The translations under genes were made by a program, and so were the position numbers. From an uncultured Candidatus Saccharibacteria bacterium (GTDB lineage: Bacteria > Patescibacteriota > Minisyncoccia > Phycocordibacterales > Phycocordibacteraceae), in NCBI GenBank assembly GCA_964366435.1, contig CAYITJ010000003.1:1-49600 (forward strand): a stretch of DNA of 49,600 bases. The letters run 5' to 3'. The notes beneath the pieces are model-generated. The model did not search any database, was not told the origin of the DNA, and was given only the letters and a program-made list of their open reading frames with translations. Positions 18,632 to 26,025 of this stretch are shown here, piece by piece (position 1 is the first letter of the stretch; each line of letters opens with the position of its first letter).

Positions 18632-19312
18632 TTATTGAGGGACAAAGGTGAATGTTTTAACTATTCTATCAAGCGCCGCATACTCTTGGTCAAGCACTAC
18701 TTGCGGTATATCTCGTTCACTCACCTCTTCGTGATAGCGCGAGCCAACTGCCAGCTTCTCCATCGCAAAACAGGTGCCCTCGTGCACGGTTCGGTACGAG
18801 ATTCCTTGCACATACTGCTGCATGGCAGCGTTCTCAAACGAAAACGCTTTCCATGTCGTACCTCCGATAACTACGTCAGTAAGTTCAACCTCCGCTCTGT
18901 CGGCAGTTGCAGTAAGGCATTGCACCACTTCTCTAGCGTCCTTGCTCGCCCCAATGCGAATAAGTGCATCAAAATAGCGTGGGTAGCTGTTCTCGCTCTT
19001 TGTTGTGTAGGTAGTGAAAGAAACAATGGGTGTCCCTACGGTGTTGGCGTCAGCCGCAGCACGCCACACTGCTGGCAGGTGATACCCCGCTTCAAATGTT
19101 TCAGATACCGTGGCTGATTCAGGGTATTGCAGCACAAATCCGTAATCCCCACTTACGTAAATAGCATCCCCAGGTGTCATGGGAATGTTTGTATCCGTTG
19201 CCGTCGCATCTGCAAGGCGCTTGCTTGAATCCACTAAGTACCAGGCCGCCCCACAAGCAATTGCAACTAACAGTACTGTAAATACCGTAATGATGAGCGA
19301 TGAGCGTTTCAT
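18632..19312 (-). CDS. Membrane-anchored or secreted hypothetical protein (226 aa)
   Basis: An N-terminal TM/signal anchor (LIITVFTVLLVAIACGAAWYL) is present. TATACT lies 7 nt upstream of the ATG. Confidence 0.75.
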   Translation of the reverse strand: MKRSSLIITVFTVLLVAIACGAAWYLVDSSKRLADATATDTNIPMTPGDAIYVSGDYGFVLQYPESATVSETFEAGYHLPAVWRAAADANTVGTPIVSFTTYTTKSENSYPRYFDALIRIGASKDAREVVQCLTATADRAEVELTDVVIGGTTWKAFSFENAAMQQYVQGISYRTVHEGTCFAMEKLAVGSRYHEEVSERDIPQVVLDQEYAALDRIVKTFTFVPQ

Positions 19313-19319
19313 ATATAAA

Positions 19320-19325
19320 AGTATA
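19320..19325 (-). promoter_or_regulatory. -10-like TATACT, 7 nt upstream of the ATG at 19312
   Basis: The reverse complement of AGTATA is TATACT. No SD is present. Confidence 0.45.
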
Positions 19326-19378
19326 GACCAGGGACGACTGTCCCCACAAAGATACAGGACGGACAGCGCAAGAAAGTA

Positions 19379-20950
19379 TTACACGCTGGCCTCACGGAGC
19401 ATGCGTGCAACGTATTCCCGAGGAAGTACTGACAGAAACCACCCTGCCTTTGGGCCAGAGTCTCTATTCAAAAAGACTCGGTACAGTGCCTGGAATAGCT
19501 CCTTTGGAGGGATTGGTACTTCGGACTTGAGCCCATGAAGCTTCTCGTGCAGTTCTTCTCCCGTACGCTCGCCCTCTTCAATAAATTCAGCCAGTAGTAG
19601 AAGTGCCGATTTTTGGGCAGGCGAGAGCTCTAACCCTTCGGGTAGCTTCTCCTGTAAACGATATTGGTGAGCCTCGGGTGCGTAGGTTGAAAGCCAATGC
19701 AGGGCGTACGTCTCGCGCTCTTCAAGCAGACGTATTTCCTCATCAGTAAGAGAACTTCCCTTCACTCGGGCCGCTTCATCAAGGAGCGAAATATGCGGCA
19801 TCTGCGCCAAGAACGCTACCTGGGAAAACCTAAGTATCCACGACGCTTCACTACCCGCTCGCTGCTCGGGAAGTTTGGTGTATGCATACAGCCGCGTAAA
19901 GTCGCTTGCGGTGCCACTTCGCACCAATTCCGCCAAGTCGTCGTGCCAGTCATACATGCGCGGCACAGAATCCCCTTCTGGGTCCACGTCCACCTGTTGG
20001 TTGATTCCCTTGCCGATAAGCGCCAGACGAAATACTTCGGGCGGGAAAAGCTCGCTCATATCTTGAGCGGAAGAGCCGCGCCCCTTAGACGAGGACATTT
20101 TCTTACCGCCTACAAGAAAGAACTCGTAGGGGACATCAAAGGGCGGTTCGTACATGAATAGATCGCGGGCAATATGAGCGGCTGCGTCGCGCGAGCCACC
20201 CTTTGTTGAGTGATCCTTACCAGCTCCTTCAATGTCTACGTTCTGAACAACCCACTTAGCAGCCCAGTCAGCCTTCCAGAATAGTTTGGACGCACCTTTC
20301 CATGGCGCTACACGACCAGTGTGTCCGCACGGCACGGTGCCGTCAGGCCCCTTATCGCACGCGTACCCAACCGTCTCGCCATCAAAATCAAAAGCGCGTG
20401 TCGTCATCATTTTTCCGCAGCCCTCACAGACCACCGATATCGGTAGCCACGATTCGTCTTTTACACTGCCGGACACTTCTTTAAGAATGCGTCGCACATC
20501 CGCGGCGCGCGTCAGCGCTATACGGATACATTCGTCCATCTTCCCTGACTGATACAACTCTGTTGCTCGGTAGTAGTTTGGTGTAAAGCCTGCTCGTTTG
20601 TGGACCCCAACAAACTCAGCACCAAAGTACTCCGCATAGTTTTCGTATCCTTCTATTGGAGAGGGGACGGTGTGCAAAGGCTTCCCTAAATGTTTGGTAA
20701 ACACTCCTTCGTCTAAATAGCCTGGAATGCTGTCAAAAGGGTCGAAATCGTTTAATTCATAGCGATACTCGCTGGCGACACCCCTTTCAAGAAGTGCTTC
20801 GTGAACAAGTCCATGAATGGCCACTCCGCGCATACTACCTACATGCACGCGACCAGAGAGTGTCTTTTCGTCACGTATAAGAAATGTCGAACCGTCCCGC
20901 GGGGTACGGGTAGAGATAATTTCGTCAGCGATACGGTCAGCCCAAAACAT
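19379..20950 (-). CDS. lysS: Lysyl-tRNA synthetase, class I
   Basis: Class-I LysRS layout: the N-terminus reads FWADRIADEII..., followed by a HIGH-like region (RVHVGSMRGVAIHG) and a KMSKS-like motif (KMSSSKG). Confidence 0.9.
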   Translation of the reverse strand: MFWADRIADEIISTRTPRDGSTFLIRDEKTLSGRVHVGSMRGVAIHGLVHEALLERGVASEYRYELNDFDPFDSIPGYLDEGVFTKHLGKPLHTVPSPIEGYENYAEYFGAEFVGVHKRAGFTPNYYRATELYQSGKMDECIRIALTRAADVRRILKEVSGSVKDESWLPISVVCEGCGKMMTTRAFDFDGETVGYACDKGPDGTVPCGHTGRVAPWKGASKLFWKADWAAKWVVQNVDIEGAGKDHSTKGGSRDAAAHIARDLFMYEPPFDVPYEFFLVGGKKMSSSKGRGSSAQDMSELFPPEVFRLALIGKGINQQVDVDPEGDSVPRMYDWHDDLAELVRSGTASDFTRLYAYTKLPEQRAGSEASWILRFSQVAFLAQMPHISLLDEAARVKGSSLTDEEIRLLEERETYALHWLSTYAPEAHQYRLQEKLPEGLELSPAQKSALLLLAEFIEEGERTGEELHEKLHGLKSEVPIPPKELFQALYRVFLNRDSGPKAGWFLSVLPREYVARMLREASV

Positions 20951-20956
20951 GGAGCT

Positions 20957-20962
20957 ATCCTA
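20957..20962 (-). promoter_or_regulatory. -10-like TAGGAT, 6 nt upstream of the lysS ATG
   Basis: The minus strand reads gtggTAGGATagctccATG. The same hexamer and spacing occur at uvrC. Confidence 0.4.
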
Positions 20963-20970
20963 CCACGAGA

Positions 20971-22029
20971 TTACGGCTTCAGAATCTTTGGTACGAGGCG
21001 AACAGGGTCGGCCACCGTCTCTAGCATTCCCTCGGCTTCAATCTCTACTTCCTTCGCAGGAGCAGACTCTTCCACAGAAGGACGCTGCTCCTTCTGTTCC
21101 TGCTTTGCCTTTATGAGGGCCCGAATGAGGTTTGCACCTTCCTCTGGTGTTGAGCTGGCTGTGGTAGAGGCGGCCTCTACATCAGCGCGCATAACAGAGG
21201 CACCGGAAAGTAGTCCACGAGATGCAACGGTCGGCTTCTTCTCGTCCTCGAGCTCTCGGAGAGCCTCACCACCTGCAAGCGCACGCGCATCAACCTGAAG
21301 CGAGCGAAGGTAGGCAACTTTGCGCGAAACAACTGACTTGAACGTGTCGGGCTCTTCGACTGCTAGCGTGCTAGCGCTCTTTGCCATGCGCGCAGTGGCA
21401 ACCATGGCTTCAGGCTCTGACGCTGCCATCATAGTTGCCGCACTATCCTCGTTTGGAGCCTCATCAACAACCCGAACGCCAAGCTCCTGAGCTAGCTCGC
21501 TTCGTATCGCTAGCGATGCTCCTGGGTCGCGTATTTCAAATTGCATTGCAAGCGTCTCTACTTGGTCAGTCTCTGCGATAAATCGCTCGCGAAGCATTGC
21601 CTCTTGCTCTGACGTAAGTTCCCCACGCGCCTCAAGAATATTTGCTTCCTCTACACGCTTTATCGCAAGCTTTGCATGAAAACGTGCTTTCTCTATGCCA
21701 ACTCCTGCAAACACGCTCGCCACTGGCTCGGCTACTCCAACCTTTATTGGGTACAGCACGTCGCCCGGGAGTGCTTTCTCGCTCGCAAACGCTGTGGCGC
21801 CAGTGCTTGTTATGACAAAGACAATGGCAAACGCACTCGCCATAAGGGGGCGCGATGTAGAAAAGATTCCGGTGATGAAAGAGATGCTGTTGAACGGCGC
21901 AGTTCCAGACTCTGGTACGGTGTGCATGTCGATGTATGCAGAAAGTTCGCTCCGCATGTGTGTGCGTGCTTTCTCAGACAACGTGAGATTCTTTAGCCCT
22001 TCAAATAGTTCTCGTTCATTGTTCATCAT
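20971..22029 (-). CDS. Anti-sigma-like single-pass membrane protein (352 aa)
   Basis: Its start overlaps the sigma-factor stop by 4 nt (ATGA). A short cytoplasmic N-terminus is followed by one TM helix (LMASAFAIVFVITSTGATAFA) and a long helical ectodomain. Confidence 0.75.
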   Translation of the reverse strand: MMNNERELFEGLKNLTLSEKARTHMRSELSAYIDMHTVPESGTAPFNSISFITGIFSTSRPLMASAFAIVFVITSTGATAFASEKALPGDVLYPIKVGVAEPVASVFAGVGIEKARFHAKLAIKRVEEANILEARGELTSEQEAMLRERFIAETDQVETLAMQFEIRDPGASLAIRSELAQELGVRVVDEAPNEDSAATMMAASEPEAMVATARMAKSASTLAVEEPDTFKSVVSRKVAYLRSLQVDARALAGGEALRELEDEKKPTVASRGLLSGASVMRADVEAASTTASSTPEEGANLIRALIKAKQEQKEQRPSVEESAPAKEVEIEAEGMLETVADPVRLVPKILKP

Positions 22030-22526
22030 ACGTGTAGTTGTTCACGAACCTTCTTCAGCGCTCGGTTAATGCGCACTGAAACGGCATTCGCACTCTCCCC
22101 GTTCAGTGCCGCGATTTCAGCCGGGGAAAACCCTTCCACAAACCGCAGAAGCATAGCCTCCCTAGACGGCTCGTCCAGGGTATACACCACGCGGAGCACT
22201 TCTTCGTTCATGGCACTTTGCAAAATAGGCACTTCGTTTGAGCCCTCAAACTCAAGACCCTCGTCAGTCAGTGCATCAAGCGATGTCTCCTTCTTCTTGC
22301 GATACCAGTCAATCACGAGGTTGCGGGCAATGGCGTAGAGAAGTGCTCGATCGTTACGAAGCACGGTCCCCTCGCGCAAGGCCTGCCAGAACCGCATAAA
22401 TACGTCTTGGGTGATGTCCTGCGCCTTCTCCTTATCACTTACTTTCATAAGGACGAAGCGAAATATCGCATCAGCGTACGTGTCGTACGATAGGAGGAAA
22501 TAATCTTTTGCTTCGTCCTGGTCCAT
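22026..22526 (-). CDS. ECF-type sigma-70 family factor (166 aa)
   Basis: Region 2 reads AQDITQDVFMRFWQAL...YAIARNLVIDWYRKK. Region 4 reads REAMLLRFVEGFSPAEIAALNGESANAVSVRINRALKKV. Confidence 0.9.
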   Translation of the reverse strand: MDQDEAKDYFLLSYDTYADAIFRFVLMKVSDKEKAQDITQDVFMRFWQALREGTVLRNDRALLYAIARNLVIDWYRKKKETSLDALTDEGLEFEGSNEVPILQSAMNEEVLRVVYTLDEPSREAMLLRFVEGFSPAEIAALNGESANAVSVRINRALKKVREQLHV

Positions 22527-22679
22527 AGAATATGACGTATCCTGGGTACCTTTCTGTCGGAAAGGGTGCCCGGTGGCGTAGAGTCCTCTTTATCGTGCCA
22601 CATATATGGCGCGAGGGCTACCGCCTGAATGAGAACAGCGCCCATGCGGGCGCTGTTCCGTACAAACCTTACGGTCTTG

Positions 22680-23168
22680 CTAGCGGACCTTCTTTACAGC
22701 CTTCTTTGCAGTTTTTACCGCCTTCTTCACTGCCTTGGCGACCGCCTTCTTTGCAGCTTTCGGATTGGTAGCAGTCTTCACTGCTTTCTTCACGTCAGTA
22801 GAAGGTTCAAGTTCCTTCTTCATCTTTGTCCAGTTCTTCTTGAGCTCCTCTACGGCTGCATCAACATCTTTCTTAGACACACCCTCCATCTGGCGATATG
22901 CGGCAGATGCCTTTTCTACCGCTGCTGCAACGCTCTTAGCGTCGAGCTTCTCAAGCTTCTTCACCTGCTTCAGAGTGTCGCGCTTTAGACCCTTTGCCCA
23001 CTTGCTAGCAGACTCGCGGTGAGCTGCGGCGTTCTTGGTACCGTAGAAATAGTACCCAGCTGCTCCTGCTGCAGCAACAGCCGCAAGAACTCCAGCACCA
23101 ATCTCAACAGCGTCCATTGCTGACATTCCCTTCTTGCCTGCCGCTTTTTTTACCACTTTCTTAGCCAT
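22680..23168 (-). CDS. Lys/Ala-rich protein with one central TM helix and histone-H1-like AKKAVKK tails (162 aa)
   Basis: N-terminus MAKKVVKKAAGKK, TM helix AVEIGAGVLAAVAAAGAAGYYFY, C-terminus KAAKKAVAKAVKKAVKTAKKAVKKVR. Confidence 0.75.
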   Translation of the reverse strand: MAKKVVKKAAGKKGMSAMDAVEIGAGVLAAVAAAGAAGYYFYGTKNAAAHRESASKWAKGLKRDTLKQVKKLEKLDAKSVAAAVEKASAAYRQMEGVSKKDVDAAVEELKKNWTKMKKELEPSTDVKKAVKTATNPKAAKKAVAKAVKKAVKTAKKAVKKVR

Positions 23169-23187
23169 ACCGTATGTACTTAAATTA

Positions 23188-23463
23188 TTAGGACCGCTTT
23201 GCGCGGGGTTTGCGCTTCGTAACGCCGCTCAGAAACCCGAACAGATGACCAATGCGAAGTCCTCCTTCAGTAACACTCTCGCGCACATTCTGGATATCTT
23301 CGCGAAGCTGCTCGCCTTCTTCTCGCACAAGCGTTGCAACCTCGTCAATCTTTCTTAGTACCCCGAGCACGCGGATGAGGACCAATACTAAAAGGACGGT
23401 TAACACAATCACCGCAACAGTTGTCACGGCAAAGAAGATATCCATTTTTAGAAAGTCGCTCAT
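23188..23463 (-). CDS. Small membrane protein with a coiled-coil tail (91 aa)
   Basis: One TM helix (FFAVTTVAVIVLTVLLVLVLI) is followed by a charged helix. Confidence 0.65.
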   Translation of the reverse strand: MSDFLKMDIFFAVTTVAVIVLTVLLVLVLIRVLGVLRKIDEVATLVREEGEQLREDIQNVRESVTEGGLRIGHLFGFLSGVTKRKPRAKRS

Positions 23464-23530
23464 CTGTCCCTCTATGGTAGCCCGAACAAAGCCAAGTGCA
23501 AGGAGGGGTGTGCATACCGCGCCCAGCTAA

Positions 23531-23560
23531 TTGTACTTTTTTGTAAACATGTGGTATACT
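23531..23560 (+). promoter_or_regulatory. Promoter giving a leaderless pseudouridine-synthase mRNA
   Basis: TTGTAC (23531-23536), an 18-nt spacer, then an extended -10 TGGTATACT (23552-23560). The ATG at 23568 begins 7 nt after the -10 element. Confidence 0.55.
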
Positions 23561-23567
23561 TGTACTA

Positions 23568-24479
23568 ATGTCATCATCTCGCCGAAAGCCCGGGTTCACC
23601 CTAAAGAAAGCGCCCGTGGAAAAAAAGCCTACGCGTGTAGCGCGTCACGCCGCATCAAAGCGGGCAGCAGAAGTAAAGCCTGTCACCACCCCCAAGGGCC
23701 GAGGAAAAGGTGCAGCTTCTGTACCAAGTTTTGTGAAGCAGCGCGGACCTTCCCCTATTCCAAAGGGAGAGCTCTACCCAATGCGTATTAATAAGTACCT
23801 AGCACTTAAGGGACACTCAACGCGTCGCGAAGCCGACACGCTCGTTTCTCGCAAAGCAGTGCTCATTAACGGTCGTGTCGCTCAAGTTGGTGACAAGGTA
23901 CTTGAAAGCGACGCTATTGAAGTGCGCCGCAACAGTCGCCCCAAGCAGTACGCGTATTTTGCATTCAACAAGCCGGCTGGCGTGGACACGCACCAGGAAG
24001 ACACCGGTGCGGAGAATATTTTTGACTCACTCCCAGCGGAGCTTAAGCAGTTGCGCCTGTTTCCTATTGGCCGCCTGGATAAGGCGTCTCACGGTCTCAT
24101 TATCTTGACCAACGACGGACGTATTACCGATCGCCTACTAAACCCTGAGTACGAGCACGAAAAGGTGTACGAGGTGCGCACGAAGCAGCCAATACGTGCA
24201 ACATTTAAGGACCACATGGAAAAGGGCGTGCTTATTGAGGGATACATGACCCGTCCGGCCAAAATTAATTTGCTTGGAGAGAAGGCATTCCGTATCACTC
24301 TTACCGAGGGCAAGAGTCACCAGATTCGCCGCATGGTGGTAGCACTTCACAACGAAGTGTCTGACCTGCGCCGCATGAGCATCATGAATATTAAAATTGG
24401 GGCACTAAAGGGTGGCAGTTATCGCGCAATTGAAGGCGACGAACTTGAAACGTTCTTGAAGGCGCTCGGGCTCGCATAA
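23568..24479 (+). CDS. RsuA/RluB-family pseudouridine synthase with a roughly 70-aa basic N-terminal extension
   Basis: The S4 domain (MRINKYLALKGHSTRREAD) and the catalytic region (GRLDKASHGLIILTNDG) are present. An alternative internal start at MRINKY cannot be excluded. Confidence 0.9.
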   Translation: MSSSRRKPGFTLKKAPVEKKPTRVARHAASKRAAEVKPVTTPKGRGKGAASVPSFVKQRGPSPIPKGELYPMRINKYLALKGHSTRREADTLVSRKAVLINGRVAQVGDKVLESDAIEVRRNSRPKQYAYFAFNKPAGVDTHQEDTGAENIFDSLPAELKQLRLFPIGRLDKASHGLIILTNDGRITDRLLNPEYEHEKVYEVRTKQPIRATFKDHMEKGVLIEGYMTRPAKINLLGEKAFRITLTEGKSHQIRRMVVALHNEVSDLRRMSIMNIKIGALKGGSYRAIEGDELETFLKALGLA

Positions 24480-24486
24480 ACATAAT

Positions 24487-24518
24487 GGGCCGGCGCGCTG
24501 CGCCGGCCCTTTTTGTTT
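24487..24518. terminator. Intrinsic terminator (usable on both strands)
   Basis: GGGCCGGCGC, loop GCT, GCGCCGGCCC, followed by TTTTTGTTT. Confidence 0.8.
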
Positions 24519-24523
24519 CAAAC

Positions 24524-25159
24524 TTACGAGCGAGCCCAGAGTTTCGCAATTTCTACGAGCACCCTGCGACGCGAGCGCGTTGAGATGCGCTCTAGCACAA
24601 AGTGCGCGTATATCTTGCGCATATGTAGGACGAGCGTACCCCGCCTCCACATAAAGCGATCCATGAGCTCTTCGTCTGAGAGGTCTTGAGCGAGAAAGAC
24701 CAGGGTCCTTGTCTGCTCACTTGATAGACCCTTGATGTCCTTCTGATAGGTTTTCGGATCAAAGAGAGCTGGGTCAAGAACCCGCGAGTCTCCGTCGGCG
24801 ACGCACATTGTTCGCGCCCGCAACGTGTTTGGTGATGCCAGGTCGGGCACAACCTGCGGCGAGACGGCCGCAAGCGGACGATACTCAGTCGACATCTCGC
24901 GAGAGTGTCCTTCGCAGACACCGCGACGGAAATCCACAACGACGTTTGGCTCTTTTCCTTCCCGCAGACACAGCCTGCAAAGTCGGTTAGTAGAAACGCA
25001 GCGATCCTTGCAGCAGCCCTGCTCGTTGCGAAGCAGCACTCGCGTCGTGTCGCGACACACTTGTTCACTTACCCCACGCGCATTCCACGCGCAGGGAATC
25101 AAGGGTACATGATTCGCCTCCCGCATCGGGGGGCGCACAATATGACCATAGTCGGCCAT
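24524..25159 (-). CDS. Cys-rich N-terminal domain fused to a LuxR/sigma-region-4-type HTH (211 aa), divergent from lexA
   Basis: AGGAGG lies 6 nt upstream of the ATG. There are eight Cys in the first 82 residues (C23, C35, C49, C50, C54, C61, C64, C82, followed by H85). The C-terminus (LSSEQTRTLVFLAQDLSDEELMDRFMWRRGTLVLHMRKIYAHF) resembles a GerE/LuxR HTH. The gene is GC-richer than the backbone. Confidence 0.7.
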   Translation of the reverse strand: MADYGHIVRPPMREANHVPLIPCAWNARGVSEQVCRDTTRVLLRNEQGCCKDRCVSTNRLCRLCLREGKEPNVVVDFRRGVCEGHSREMSTEYRPLAAVSPQVVPDLASPNTLRARTMCVADGDSRVLDPALFDPKTYQKDIKGLSSEQTRTLVFLAQDLSDEELMDRFMWRRGTLVLHMRKIYAHFVLERISTRSRRRVLVEIAKLWARS

Positions 25160-25273
25160 GAGACACCTCCTGATGTGGGGTTTTGGACCAATGGAGAACT
25201 ATACAGGTCCGACGTGGAGTATACGCCGGAACCACTATCTGTCTACAAATACACCTCTGTCCACCCTGTTTCT

Positions 25274-25303
25274 TTGACAGGGGAACCAGGGTTCACCTAC
25301 TAT
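25274..25303 (+). promoter_or_regulatory. lexA promoter with a GAAC-N4-GTTC operator in the spacer
   Basis: TTGACA (25274-25279), an 18-nt spacer, then TACTAT (25298-25303). The palindrome GAACcaggGTTC (25283-25294) lies inside the spacer. The ATG at 25310 begins 6 nt after the -10 element. Confidence 0.5.
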
Positions 25304-25309
25304 GAAGAG

Positions 25310-25879
25310 ATGGATTACCACTCTCGCAAGCGAGCAATTGTCGGGTTCTGGCAGCAACATCGCCGTATGCCCGGCTACCAGGAATTTATGAAATTGCTTG
25401 GCGTAAAGAGTAAAAACTCGGTCTATAAATTTGTAGAGAAGATGGTGGACGAGGGCGTGCTTGAGAAGGACTTACAGGGCAGGCTCTCCCCTGGGCGCGA
25501 GCTGCGTGGCGTACCACTCCTTGGCGTTGTTGAAGCGGGCTTCCCTACTCCAGCCGAGGAAGAGATGTTGGACGTTATGGATTTTGACGAGTACCTGACC
25601 CCAAACAAGGAATCCAGCTATGTACTGAAAGTGAAGGGCGATTCTATGATAGAAGCCGGTATTCACCCGGGCGACCTGGTAATTGTAGAGCGCAAGCCAA
25701 CCTACAAAGTAGGACAAATTGTTATCGCTTCTATCGAGGGCGAGTACACCATGAAGTATCTACGCAAGAAGAATGAGCAGTACTATCTAGAACCCGCTAA
25801 TAGCGCATACAAGCCTATCTATCCCAAAAGTAATCTCAACATTGAGGCTGTTGTAACGGCCATCGTCCGAAAGTACTAA
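25310..25879 (+). CDS. lexA: LexA-like SOS repressor (S24 peptidase, 189 aa)
   Basis: A winged-helix N-terminus, the cleavage region VVEAGFPTPA, catalytic Ser in KVKGDSM and Lys in TMKYLRKK are present. The track ORF (24905) extends upstream across the divergent gene and I rejected that extension. Confidence 0.88.
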   Translation: MDYHSRKRAIVGFWQQHRRMPGYQEFMKLLGVKSKNSVYKFVEKMVDEGVLEKDLQGRLSPGRELRGVPLLGVVEAGFPTPAEEEMLDVMDFDEYLTPNKESSYVLKVKGDSMIEAGIHPGDLVIVERKPTYKVGQIVIASIEGEYTMKYLRKKNEQYYLEPANSAYKPIYPKSNLNIEAVVTAIVRKY

Positions 25880-25903
25880 ATCTTTATGCACACTACTGTC
25901 TCT

Positions 25904-26020
25904 AAGACCTGTGGCGTGATGCAGTGCGCGACGCGAGCGAGCACTGAGCGAGCCGTACTAGACAGTACGGTGAGCGAAGAGCGCAGCGAGCAACAAAGCA
26001 ATGCGCGCACCACAGGTCTT
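25904..26020 (+). promoter_or_regulatory. 117-nt structured element (outer 11-bp stem plus three hairpins) between lexA and dinB
   Basis: Outer stem: AAGACCTGTGG (25904-25914) pairs with CCACAGGTCTT (26010-26020). Inner stems: CAGTGC/GCACTG (25922-25927 / 25941-25946), CCGTACT/AGTACGG (25953-25959 / 25964-25970) and GCGCA/TGCGC (25981-25985 / 26002-26006). The element ends 5 nt before the dinB ATG. Confidence 0.4.
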
Positions 26021-26025
26021 GTCCT

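Noticed and set aside
24905-25309. 135-aa N-terminal extension of the lexA ORF in the track
   Set aside because: It overlaps the well-supported divergent gene (AGGAGG SD, ATG at 25159). It adds sequence unlike any LexA. The ATG at 25310 gives a normal 189-aa LexA preceded by a promoter and operator.
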